A DNA stretch of 64,000 nucleotides from Macrostomum lignano (taxonomy: Eukaryota): assembly GCA_002269645.1 (NCBI GenBank), contig NIVC01001126.1, positions 1 through 64,000 on the forward strand, given 5' to 3'. Position 1 is the first letter of the stretch. Each line of letters opens with the position of its first letter. The notes under the pieces are model-generated. The model had not been told where the DNA came from. It ran no database searches and worked only from the letters and a program-made list of their open reading frames with translations. Of the stretch, positions 24,391-37,900 are shown one piece after another. Both the position numbers and the translations under genes were made by a program.

Positions 24391-25045
24391 TATATCCCTC
24401 TCCCTCTCTCCCTCTCTCCCTCTCTCTCTCTCCCTCTCTCCCTCTCTCCCTCTCCCCCTCTCCCTCTCTCCCTCTCTCCCTCTCTCCCTCTCTCCCTCTC
24501 CCTCTCTCCCTCTCTCCCTCTCTCCCTCTCTCCCTCTCCCTCTCTCCCTCACTCCTTCTCTCTCTCCCTCTCTCTCCCTCTCTCCCTCTCTCCCTCCCTC
24601 TCTCTCCCTCTCTCCCTCTCTCCCTCCCTCTCTCTCTCCCTTTCTCCCTCTCTCCCTCTCTCCCTCTCTCCCTCTCTCCCTCTCTCCCTCTCTCCCTCTC
24701 TCCCTCTCCCCCCTCTCCATCTCTTCCTCTCTCTCATAATCTCCCTCTCTCGATCTCTCTCCAAATCTTGCTGTCTCCCTCTCCTTTCCCTCCTCTTCTT
24801 CTCTCACTCTTTCCCTCTCTCCCTCTCTCCCTCTCTCCCTCTCTCTTTCTCTCCCTCTCTCCCTCTCTCTTTCTCTCCCTCTCTCCCTCTCTCCCCCTCT
24901 ACATCTCTTCCTCTCTCTCATAATCTCCCCCTCTCGATCTCTCTCCCTCCCTCCCTCTCTCCCTCTCCTCTCCCTCCTCTTCTTCTCTCCCTCTTTCCCT
25001 CTCTCCCTATCTCCCTCTCTTCCTCTCCCCCTCTCCCTTTCTCCC
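24391..25045. repeat. (CTCTCC)n / CT-rich polypyrimidine tract
   Basis: Visible low complexity; ORFs 24340..25164 are artefacts of it. Confidence 0.92.
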
Positions 25046-27621
25046 TTTCAACTTTTACCGTCTTTTTTTTCTCCTTTTTTTCATCTGTACTTCCTCTCAT
25101 CCTCTCCCAAATTCTCCCCTCATCTCCTAACTTAGGCTTTTATCTCTTTATATATAAAATCTAAATCTGCTTGTCAACTTTTCGAATCGCAGTCCGGCCG
25201 TCTTAATCTCATTTTAATTGCGCTCTCTTTCCCGCTTGAAATTTGTGTCAGCAAGCTGTGTATGCTCGATCTGATACTCGCATGTTGCGATTCTAAATAT
25301 TCGTATTATCTGATAAATGTGTCCCATAGTCTCCTGCCCAACTAAAAGTAAATTGTCGAAAAATTCCAGAGATTTTTACTTATTACGTTCAGAAAAAAAC
25401 TGTAATGAATCAACAGAGTTGCTAATTTATAGTGTGCAGCGTTGCAATCGGGCCAACTGACGTCTCTCGCTGAGACCCCAACTGCAACTGTCTAAGCGTA
25501 AATTTGCAACGGCTACAGAGCGACAGAGAAGCACGATCTCCTGTGATAGTTGATTCACACTGCAGTTTTGTCGGGAGGCTGTTAATAAAAAGTCACGAAA
25601 TTGCACGTATTTTTTTGGTTTCCTGGGTCGTTTGTTCTTGAGTTATATAGCTGGTCTATAGAGAAAAAATTATAATACTTCGTACTATGGGCCTATACGA
25701 GGGTACGTGTAGATTTGCTTAATTCTATAATTACTAAATATAAGCATCGTAAACAATTTACATTTTTAGCATTTCAGAAAACTTCTTTATTTGTGTCCTA
25801 TATTGAATAATGAGCAATCAGAGTTCCGGTCTGTGCATATTATATATACTGAACATGCCGTATAAAATAATCTACATGTATATAATAATTTTTGTTCCTT
25901 ACACATGTAGTTAGGCGTTGAGCATTCGGCCTGAAATATAAATTATTTCTTTTTGTTTTTCTGTGCTCAGAACATTTTTTGCCTGACTCAATTAGTCTTC
26001 ATCACATGCTCGTGTTAATTTTCTTACTGCACGCCCGAGTGCAAGTTGTACATTGCCCGGCGGTAAAAATCACGTCGAAATGACGTCGATATTCGCCTTT
26101 CAAAAACTTGCGACAAATGAGTAGTCGTTTGAACCTTCATTCGACGTCGAAATTTCGATATGAAATTTTTATCTTCGTTTTTGCAGAAATGATTATTAGT
26201 GATATTTAAAAAATATTTTTTTCAACGTGATTTTCAGTGTATTGAAAGGATCAATAAGTTCAGTAAAACGGACACAATATTTTTTTGTTTCAACGCATCG
26301 CGAGATACACCTTTTTTAAAATATCGCCATGCTGAATGTCGATCTATTATTTGTCAATTGCAGACTTCCAAATTATTTTACTGCGATCCATACGTAAATC
26401 TTTAACGTAAATTTTCTGTAACACACATGGAAATTCTTATTCTTTCATTGCGTTTCATTTTTTTCGCTATTTAATTAATCTGATATACAATTTATGCGTT
26501 TAAAGTTCGATGTTTTATAATACTGTTGCCTATAGGACGGATAGGTTTAACCGTTTAACCTTTTATACAGGATAAGCGAATTAATAATAAAGTAGCCATA
26601 AATTAGCAACTTTTTACGTTTTAGTACAGCTTATTGGAAATGAATAATAGTGTAATATTTAATAAACAATAATATATTAACTTTTATAAATGTAATAAAA
26701 GCACAATTCTATAGCTAAAAGAATATATTGTTTTAGGAAATTTAAGACGTAAGTATAATTTTAGCTTAAATAGTATATATAATTATCCCATTTAAGCATT
26801 AACTATTTCATTATTCATTCTAATATATGTTTGTTACATTCTAAATAAAAGCATAGCCCAACCCATAGCTGCTCATGAAATAGCTAGAACAGCTATAGCA
26901 TTTAAGTACCCTATCACCAGCATCTAGAGCATAAATTACTACCCATAATATAATTATCTATTTTTCTATGTAATGAAAACAGGATATACTATGTAACTAT
27001 GCTATAAAAACTTTTATAAATGCTCTATATGGCCCAGCAGGAATATATAGAACATTGTATAGTATTTTACTTGTTTAGTAAAGCCGCTGCTTACTCTACC
27101 AAAAATTCATGCAAATGCCCCTCTGTCAACTCGGCGGCTGAGGACGTCCTACGTGACCGCACAAGACGCTTTTTAAGGGCCACTAAAAAGCTGAATTCCC
27201 GTGTGGAGTAACCGCGCAGACGCCGTTGATTTTCAGTGTTTCCCTTTCACGATTCCAATTTGTTGAATTAATGTAGTTGCATTTGTTACCATTGTTGCTC
27301 CTCATTTTTCCATCATCGTCTATTTTCTATTCTTAATAGCTTTGATGCTATTTCCATAATCGTTTCCATAATTGCTGGTGAATTGAATACACTGTTTTTC
27401 ATGGTTGCGGGATAATAGGATCTGGTTTGGATAGCAAATGAAACGTCATACAGCCTTGCTTGGCATTTTATGCTTAAATATTTCTTTCCTATTAAGGTAG
27501 ATTAGTGACTTTAGTGTATGGATTAACATTTATGTTTCGTCAGCTTAGTTCGTTTGTAGTTCGTACATGTAGTTCGTCAGTTTATGACTATTGTATAAAA
27601 ATAATGCACTACAGTTATATT

Positions 27622-28875
27622 CAGTGTTGGGCAAGTTACTCAAAAAAAGTAACGTGCGTTACTGTAACTTAAGTTACCACTTTTTAAAAAGTAACTTACG
27701 TTAGCCTAGTAACTTTGAACAAAAACCCGGTAACTTTTAAGTTACTTCCGTTACTTACTTCCGTTACCTATGTTATTAACAAAATTTTCTGCTTTTTTAA
27801 CATTGCAAATGTGATGGAACAGCACAAATGATCGCGAAAGCCAGGAGGAAGAATACAACAACATTAATTTCAGTAACTGTATTAAATTTTAATCACTTTA
27901 GGCCCTTTCCGTAAAAAAAAGAGAAGCTGAAGGTCAGAAACGTTAAAGGCAAAACGCAATTTAATTTTTAATAACATTATAAGTTATAATACACAAGGAC
28001 AACTTAACGTAACTTCAGTTGTCCTTGATAATACATCGCTCGTAATAAGTACCTGGCTTTACTCCACTCTACAGTCTGCTTTACTAGTCTTTTTATTTAT
28101 TTTCAATTATTATCATTAATATTAAATTATTGTGCAGTGCAGTGCAGTGCCAGTGGACTTTAGTGGTGTAGCCAGGGAGGCCGCCTTAACAATCGTTGGG
28201 GCGGCAACTTCACCCCACCTGCAAGACACCCCACCTGGGGGGTGGGGTTTGGCGTGGCGGGTACCAAAAACCATGAGGCGATTGAGTGCCTGCGGCGCTT
28301 AAATGAGTGCCTGCGGCGCTTAAATGAGTGCTTGCGGCGCTAAAATGAGTGCCTGCGGCGCTAAAAGTGGCAATGGCATGAGGCATGGCCAGCCAGGCCA
28401 ACCCGCCCCCCCCCCAATTAAAATTCCTGGCTACGTCGATCACTGAGTGGATTTGTGGAGACTACAGATGAATTTCTTTCTTTGGTTGTTTGTTTCTAAG
28501 AACTAAACAAAATATTTTTATTAACTTAAAAACGAAAAGCAAAAATATTTTACCGAAAATAACAAAGTAAAAACATGTTTCAAGTATTTCTTTATTAATT
28601 ACAGCGTAATACCGTATGATATTATTCACTTAGTTTTGAATTTAGGATTGAAAAATGCTAAAAATGTGACAACTGGCGTAATAGCTAAGCATATCAGTTT
28701 TAAATTTAAATATTGCGATTGTTGCAAAGTAACTGTAACGGACTTCCGAAATTTGAGTAACTTACCGTTACTCCGTTACCAAAATAGGAAAGTAACTTGC
28801 GTAAGGAACGCTTTACGAAAAAGTAACTTGCGTTACCATTTACAAGTTACTCGGTAACGGAAGTGCCCAACACTG
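27622..28875. mobile_element. Non-autonomous hAT-type element nested in the 26056-29112 element
   Basis: TIR CAGTGTTGGGCA / TGCCCAACACTG; perfect 8-bp TSD GTTATATT (27614-27621, 28876-28883); many subterminal GTAAC/GTTAC motifs. Confidence 0.9.
28161..28446. mobile_element. Small MITE-like insert inside the hAT element, with four copies of an about 21-bp repeat
   Basis: Imperfect TIRs TAGTGGTGTAGCCAGG / CCTGGCTACGTCGATCACTG; possible degenerate TSD GTGGACTT/GTGGATTT; GC-rich island in an AT-rich host. Confidence 0.55.
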
Positions 28876-30076
28876 GTTATATTATTAATATATATGTAGA
28901 TAAAAAATCGTCAGTTTGTCGAAAATCGCCATCTACTTGCGGTCATCAAGAATATGAACGACGTCGACTTTTCGCCATCAATAGTGGAAAACGCGACGTC
29001 GCACACTCTACATCTGATGGCGAAAATTTCGACGTCGAAATCGTGGTTCAAATCGACATGAAATTTCGACGTCGCTTTTCGACGTCATTTCGACGTGATT
29101 TTTACCGCCGGGTGATGTCTAGACGACAATGTGACAAAAGATTTGACTTTCTTGCAGTACTTGACAGTGGGATTACAGATCAGCTTGATGATGAACGCTG
29201 CATGCTGATATGTATGAATACATGTAACTACAGTAACTGATTTCGGATCAAAGACTTCTAAAGTACGTGATATACGTTGCTTTAGTTGCCCTTGTGTCTG
29301 ATGTACGCGTACAACACCCCCTGCATGTTTTGACTCACGTATGTGCACATGTAATTATTTGGAAGTTTAAACTTCAAACATGGTAACTGTAAATGCACTG
29401 TAAAATTTAAGTAGATATTGCTATTTTCTAAGCCGTGCATGCCATCCAAGCTGAATTCTACGAGTATATCAAAGCGCAATACACGCATTTTGTGCATAAC
29501 ACATTTTCCAATAATTATGTCTATATTTCGAGTTACATCTTAGCTTCTACAAGTAGTCAAGTTAAATTGAAGTATGATAAAAATCCATTGATTAATGGTT
29601 TAAATGCTTCGACTGCATATAAAGAAGTCTGGAATTGTGAGCATAAATTAAAGAACTACCGAGCTACATGCACTTTTCGTTTTCATGAGAAACTGTCCGA
29701 AAATTTTTAATTCGTTTTTTATGTTACGTACGCTACGGAACCAATGAGCATAAGTAGGTAGGTCTAAGTAAGTAAGTATTAGATATAATGCTTCAGATCA
29801 GTAGGTCGTCACCATAGAAAATTAAGATTGTTGTACCCGGTTTGCAACGCAAGCAATTATAACAAAAAAATCGATTTATTTTAGGAATTTTCATGTAATA
29901 CAAAATTAAAACTTTTTTTGTAGTTTTTTATTTTTTATACTGCTTAATGTTGTTCTTTAGATGCATATAGGAGCTGTATTGAGTATTTTCAATGGATATT
30001 AGTTTTTTCAAACTGAAAAAGAATTGCACTATTATTTTGTCTCCGTCTTACACCATCCCAAAGGTCAAACGACTCG

Positions 30077-30424
30077 ATGGCCGACAACGTAAAGGTTGCA
30101 GTCCGTGTGCGGCCATTCATATCCTTTTGTCATTCAATTTAAATATACTTAAAACTTCAATGCCACTTAATTCATTTTGTTTATTTTTTTACCAATACCA
30201 TGTATGTAATGTATGATCCAAAATGTTCTTGTTTGCATACGATTGAAAGCAGCACTACTCTGCAGGGCAAAAACCTAGATGAGAAATTGTAAAAAATCTA
30301 TAAAATCTTACTTTATTTTATGGGCATTGTTGTTACAGGCAAATAGCGAATATTAATAAGGGTATGATGGATCATTAATAATTAGTAAAAAGTTAAAGTA
30401 AAATATTATTTATATCATTATTAA

Positions 30425-30469
<45 letters not shown>

Positions 30470-31901
30470 TATATTTTATATCCTTTAGTTTTTATTTGAA
30501 ATTGTGTGTTTCCATTGAAACTGTATTCATAGGTATGTATTTTTTCATCTCTAGGTTTAACTTAAGTTGAGCTCAACTCAAAATTATTTTTATGTTTAAC
30601 TCCTTAACTCTATTCGCAAACTTAATATTCTGACACAATGACCGCGAAGTCAGCCGGCAGAGCAAGCTGATCATTCAGATGAGCGGCAACCAGACCTGCA
30701 TCACGGATCCGAGTTCAGGTCAGGATAAAAAGTTTGCATTCGACTATTCCTATTGGTCGCACGATGGATTTAAAGAGAAGACAAATGGTTACCTGGAGCC
30801 CGCCAATTCTAAATATGCTGATCAGGTGGGTTTCCCATTCGTTTTAATTCAGAATAATTAGCTAAGTAATGAAACATTTTGGCTGGATTTCTATCTAAAT
30901 CAATTATGTCTCAGATAAGACTGTAGGTTAACCGCCAGAAAAAGATAAGATTTCTTTATAAACTAATTTGTCTTAATTACGGTACAGCAATTACTATCTG
31001 GATAAACTCAAATATGCATAATGCTTATGAATTTCCTATACGAGGTACTTATCAATTTAGCCCAGGGGTTGGCAAACTCCGGCCTGAAAAACCTCACTAT
31101 CCGGCCCTCGGGTACTTTGAAACTTCACAATAGCTCAGGGTTTGTCTTTTCCCTTTCCTCTTCTCTCTTCTCTCATCTCTTCTCTCATCGATCTCTTATC
31201 TCGTCTTTCACCTCTCATACCTTCTTTCATCTTTTTAGCTGGGCCCTTGAGGTAAAAAGTTTGCCGACCCCTGATTTAGCCCCCATCAAGATAACTCGAT
31301 CGCGAATCATGCTGCCGAATAACATGCATAGAAACGCGTATTCGACGACCTTGGCCGGGGCGTCCTTGACAACGCGTGGAAAGGCTACAACTGCAGCCTG
31401 TTCGCCTACGGTCAGACTGGCAGCGGCAAGTCTTACTCAATGATTGGCTACGGCGCTAACAAGGGCATTGTGCCCGTCGCGTGCGAAGAACTGTTCCGGG
31501 CAATAGACGAGAAACGGCCGAGTTTGCAGGCTGGAGAGGAGTTCCAAGTGTCCCTGTCCATGACTGAGATCTACAATGAGCAGGTGCGCGACCTGCTAGT
31601 AACTAAATCCACGGTTGGCGGACTCAAAGTTCGTCAGCATCCAAAAAAAGGTTTCTACGTTGAGCAGCTGACTATCGCACCCGTGAGCAGCTATGCTCAG
31701 ATTGAGGCCAAAATTGCGGACGGCTCGCACAACCGCACTGTGGCGGCCACCAACATGAACGCCACCAGCAGCCGGGCGCATACCATTGTGGCCATCAGCT
31801 TCGTGCAGAAGAGCCAAGGCGCCGGTGGTCAAAACATGACCAAAACTTCGGTTATGAATCTGGTGGACTTGGCTGGCAGGTGAGGATAAAGTTAGTTAGT
31901 G

Positions 31902-31941
<40 letters not shown>

Positions 31942-34900
31942 GGTTAGTCAGTTAGTCAGTTAGTTATTCGCCTATTGATGTCTAAATAAATTATAAGTGA
32001 TTGAAACCTAAAAAGCGAAACACACTACTGCTAACTACTTACCAACCGGCAGCGAGCGCGCGGAATCAACTGGCGCCACAGGGGATCGCCTGAAGGAGGG
32101 ATCCGCCATCAATCTGTCGCTCAGCACGCTGGGCAACTGCATCAAAGCTTTGGCGGATCAGAGCTCGGGAAACTCCAAAGTGATGGGTCAGTGTCAACCT
32201 TTGTGCGTTCTAATTATATTCTGATTGTGAATATCATGATTATAATCGTTGTTGTTCCTCTTTCCAGTCCCTTTCAGGGACTCCGTGCTGACCAAGCTGC
32301 TGCAGAATGCTCTTGGAGGCAACAGTAAAACTGTCATGGTAGGCTCTTCTTGATGACAATTTGTGACAGCGGTGAATGTAGCCTGTAGCAAACCCCCTCA
32401 CACCAAAACTATTAAAACGACACTATCAAACCAAAATCCCCCACCATCTAACTAAAACCCACATCAACAAACCAAAAACCCACACCATCAAACCAACAAC
32501 CCACATTATCAAACCAACAACCCACATTATCAAACCAAAAACCCACACTATCAAACCAACAACCCACATTATCAAACCAAAAACCCACACCATCAAACCA
32601 AAAACCCACACCATCAAACTAAAAACCCACACAATCAAATTTAAAAACCCACACCATCAAATTACCAAAAACCCACACCATCAAACCAAAAACCCACATT
32701 ATCAAACCAAAAATCCACACCAATAAACCAAAAACCTACACCATCAATCAAAAATCCCACGCCATCAAACTAAAAACCCACACCATCAAACTAAAAACCC
32801 ACACCACCAAGCTAAAAACCCACACCATCAAACCTAAAACCCACACCACCAAGCTAAAAACCCACACCATCAAACCAAAAACCCACATTATCAAACCAAA
32901 AACCCATACCATTAAACCAAAAACCCACACCATCAAACCAAAAACCCACATTATCAAACCAAAAACCCACACCATCAAACCAAAAACCCACACCATCAAG
33001 CTAAAAACCCACGCCATCAAACTAAAAACCCACACCATCAAACTAAAAACCCACACCACCAAGCTAAAAACCCACACCATCAAACCTAAAACCCACACCA
33101 CCAAGCTAAAAACCCACACCATCAAACCAAAAACCCACATTATCAAACCAAAAACCCATACCATTAAACCAAAAACCCACACCATCAAACCAAAAACCCA
33201 CATTATCAAACCAAAAACCCACACCATCAAACCAAAAACCCACACCATCAAGCTAAAAACCCACACCATTTAACCAAAAACCCACACCATCAAACTAAAA
33301 TCCCACACCATCAAGCTAAAAACCGACACCATTAAACCAAAGACCCACACCATTAAACCAAAAACCCACACCATTTAACCAAAAACCCACACCATCAAAC
33401 TAAAAACCCACACCATTAAACCAAAAACCCACACCATCAAACTAAAATCCCACACCATCAAGCTAAAAACCCACACCATTAAACCAAAAACCCACACCAT
33501 CAAACTAAAAACCCACACCATCAAACATCCCTGACTGCAGATCGCCGCCCTCTCTCCCGCCGACATCAACTTCGACGAGACCCTGTCAACTCTGCGCTTC
33601 GCGGATCGAGCCAAAGCCATCAAGACTAAAGCTGTGGTGAACGAGAGCCCAACTGATAAGCTGATCCGGGAGCTCAGAGAGGAGAACTCCAGACTGATGG
33701 CGATGCTTAAGGCAGGAGGAGGTGGCGGCGGGGACATCACCGACGGCGGCGGTGACACCGGCGAGGACCAGGCTGAGTCCGAGGAGCGAATGCGCGAGCT
33801 GATGAAGAAGAATCAAGAGGAGATGGAAGCGATGGAGCGAGCCTGGGCTGAGAAGCTGGCCCAGGCGCAGGCAGAAGCGCAGGAACAAATTCAGGAGCGA
33901 AAAGCGGAGAGCGAGCGAAAGAAGAACGTGCCGCATCTGTGGAATCTTAACGAGGACGCAGCTCTGTCCGGCATGATAGTGCAATTCGTTGATCCCGGAG
34001 CCGTGCAGACTGTGGGCAGAGACGGCGACTTCCAGCTGAAGGGAGTCAAGTGAGAGAAAAGTCGAAGTTTCGTTTGACAAAGACCCCCCCCCCACTCCCT
34101 TAGACATTCACCCACTCCCTTAGATACCCACCCCACTCCCTTAGACATCCACCCACTCCATTAGACATCCACCCATTCCCTTAGACACCCAACCTCACTC
34201 CCTTAGATACCCACCCTCACTCCCTTAGACCCACCCCACTCCCTTAGATACCCACCCCACTCCCTTAGACATCCACCACACTCCCTTAGACATCCACCCA
34301 CTCCATTAGACATCCACCCACTCCCTTAGACACCCAACCTCACTCCCTTAGATACCCACCCACTCCCTTAGACACCCACCCCACTCCCTTAGATACCCAC
34401 CCCACTCCCTTAGACATCCACCACACTCCCTTAGACATCCACCCACTCCATTAGACATCCACCCACTCCCTTAGACACCCAACCTCACTCCCTTAGATAC
34501 CCACCCACTCCCTTAGACACCCACCCCACTCCCTTAGACACCCACCACACTAGCTCCCTTAGACACCCAACCCCTCTCCCTTAGATACCCACCCCACTCC
34601 CTTAAACACCCACCCCACTCCCTTGGACACCAACCTCACTCCCTTAGATACCCACCCACTCCCTTAGACACCCACCCCACTCCCTTAGACACCCACCCCA
34701 CTCCCTTAGACACCCACCACACTAGCTCCCTTAGACACCCAACCCCTCTCCCTTAGATACCCACCCCACCCCACCCCACTCCCTTAAACACCCACCCCAC
34801 TCCCTTGGACACCAACCCTACTCCCTTAGATACCCACCCCACTCCCTTAGACACCCAAAGCCACTCCCTTAGACACCCACCCCACTTCCTTAGACACCCA

Positions 34901-37900
34901 GCCCACTCCCTTAGACACCCAAAGCCACTCCCTTAGACACCTACCCCACTCCCTTAGACAACCACCCTAATCATTTAGACACCCACCCCACTCCGTTACA
35001 CCAAGCCACTCGATTGCTACTGAACTTAAAAAGTTCCACCTCCTCGCCCTTAACAACAGCATCCAAGCCAGACACGCTGTTCTGAAGAATGTCAACGGCT
35101 CTGTCACGGTAACGCCTATCGATCTCGCCAAAGTGTTCGTCAACGGCCAGGAGGTGAACCAGGAGACTCAGCTGCGCCATCACGACCGAGTCCTGTTCGG
35201 GACCAATCACCTGTACGTCTTCCATCATCCGGTTGACTACGCGAAGCAGGTCAAATCCGGGCAGGACGTCTCGCCGCCGACATTTGAAGAGGCCCAGTCT
35301 GAGATTGCTGAGAGTTCCGGGGTGATGGGACTGTTGGGTGACAAGGCCAAGAGCAACAGTGCAGGTCAGTCTGTCTGGGGTCGGCAAACTTTTTAAGTTA
35401 AATGCCAGATATAGAATCTAGCGCATAACTGTGGGCCAGAGAGAGAATAAGGGAGGAGAGAGGGGAGATAAGAGTGGAGAGGGGAGAGAAAGGGAGATGA
35501 GAGAGGAAAGGGGAGACGAGCAGGGAGATGAGAGAGGAGAGACGAGAGGAGGGGAGAGAGAAATTGAGAGAGGAGAAGGGAGAGGGGAGATAAGAGAGGA
35601 GGGGAGAGAGGAGGGAAGAGAGGAGAGGGAGAGGGGAGATGAGAGAGAGGAGAGAGAAGGGGAGAGGGGAGGGGAGAGGGGGAGGGGAGAGGAGGAGGGG
35701 AGAGGGGGAGGGGAGAGGGTAGAGGAGAGAGGAGAGGAAAGAAAAAAGAGAGGAGAGCTGAGAAGAGACGCTAATCAGAGTGGGTCGGATTGCTACTGAG
35801 AAGTTTCAGAGGACCCGAGGGTCGGGTGTTTGCCAGCATCTGTTCTTTGCTAACTCAACAAACAAGCATAAACCCAAGCTTTCCCCGACTCGCTACTCAT
35901 TCCAGAGGACATGCTACTCATGGACGATTTGGTGAAGCTGTACCCGCAGCTGCAAGAGGCCAACGCCATGTCTGAGGAGATGGACCGGCGGGTTTGGTTC
36001 GAACTGGTGCTGGTCTCCGCCCAGGGCAGGGGACTGAGAGAGGGCGAAGGCCGGACTGAGGTGAGCCTGGGGATGAAGCATTCCGTACTCGATATTCACT
36101 GAACCGAGCATTCACTGAACCGAGCATTCACTGAACCGAGCATTCACTGAACCGAGCATTCACTGAACCGAGCATTCACTGAACCGAGCATTCACTGAAC
36201 CGAGCATTCACTGAACCGAGCATTCACTGAACCGAGCATTCACTGAACCGAGCATTCACTGAACCGAGCATTCACTGAACCGAGCATTCACTGAACCGAG
36301 CATTCACTGAACCGAGCATTCACTGAACCGAGCATTCACTGAACCGAGAATTCACTGAACCGAGCATTCACTGAACCGAGCATTCACTGAACCGAGCATT
36401 CACTGAACCGAGAATTCACTGAACCGAGCATTCACTGAACCGAGAATTCACTGAACCGAGAATTCACTGAACCGAGCATTCACTGAACCGAGCATTCACT
36501 GAACCGAGCATTCACTGAACCGAGCATTCACTGAACCGAGCATTCACTGAACCGAGCATTCACTGAACCGAGCATTCACTGAACCGAGCATTCACTGAAC
36601 CGAGCATTCACTGAACCGAGCATTCACTGAACCGAGCATTCACTGAACCGAGCATTCACCCAACCAAATTAAGTGACTGAATTAGACTTCAGAAGACCTA
36701 TCAATAAATATTTCAGGTCTGCGTCAGCGTACAAAACCTGGACAACAACAACGAGTTCTTTTGGTCCAAAGAAAAGTTCAGCGACCGAAAGTACCTGATG
36801 CAGGACATGTACCAGAACTACACTGAGGGGGCAGACTGGGAGCTGGCCAAAGAGAAAGATCCTTTCTGGGACCCGCCGGACACCCCAATCATGATTGGCA
36901 CCATTCACGTGTACCTGCAGAGCCTTGCCTACCTAATTGAGGTTAGCGAAAGTTTCAATGTCACCGACTTCCGCGGCGAAGACCAGGGCAAGTTGGACAT
37001 CGAGCTGAGACCCTGCGGCGACAACTGGGAGGAGCTGACGGACGAGTACGCCGAGCCCGAAGACCTTCTTGGACAGGCCTTGAACTTCAAAATTAAAATT
37101 CACGGCGGAAGAGACCTGTCTGCTAAGTTTGCAAGCGTAAGTGCTTGTCGAACTTTTGCATTGACACCCACCCCGCTATCCAATGCGACACCCATCTCGC
37201 TATCCAATGTGACACCCACCCCACTGTGGGACATCCAATCCAACATGCGACACCCACCCCACTTTGCGACACTCACCCCGCTATCCAATGCGACACTCAC
37301 CCCGCTATCCAATGCGACACCCACCCCGCTATCCAATGCGACACCCACCCGCTATCGAATGCGACACCCACCTCGCTATCCAATGCGACACCCACCCCGC
37401 TATCCAATGCGACACCCACCCCACTATGCGACACCCACCCCACTATGCGACACTCACCCCACTATGCGACACCCACCCCACTATGCGACACCCACCCCAC
37501 AACTCACTCTCTCGCACAACCGCACATTGCAGTACTTCTGTCAGTATAAGTTCTACCTGGAAGATCAGTACACAAAAACGGGCGAAGTGGCTAAGCCAGT
37601 GAATCCTCGTTTCGAATTCGAGCATCAATACTCGTTTAAACCGGCCACAAAGCAACTGCTGGAGTACCTGCAGCACTCCTACACGATTGTCGAGCTGTGG
37701 GGCAAGCAGAGATGTAGCGATAAGAAAGTGAACAAATCTACCAAGGAGCTCATGAAGGAGAAGCGCAAGGCTCAAGCTGAGAGCGCGAAGGCTCTAGGAG
37801 TGAGATGAAGGGCTGATTTTTTAAGATCTTTTTAAATATCTTAATTGCACTTTAATTGCACTCTGTAAACTTCTGTTGATGATTTTTTTCATTTCGCTTC

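Larger units (their letters stand above)
26056..29112. mobile_element. About 3.06-kb non-autonomous TIR element with 34-bp perfect inverted repeats; superfamily unresolved
   Basis: CCCGGCGGTAAAAATCACGTCGAAATGACGTCGA (26056-26089) is the exact reverse complement of 29079-29112. Subterminal CGACGTCG motifs at both ends. No clear TSD. Confidence 0.75.

Noticed and set aside
27080-27400. Decayed minus-strand coding-like stretch inside the 26056-29112 element
   Set aside because: Multiple stops and no recognisable transposase motif; it cannot be assigned without an HMM search.
36091-36657. CRISPR-like array (also considered for 2045-2645 and 38170-38800)
   Set aside because: Head-to-tail repeats with no unique spacers, inside spliceosomal introns of a eukaryote, with no cas genes.
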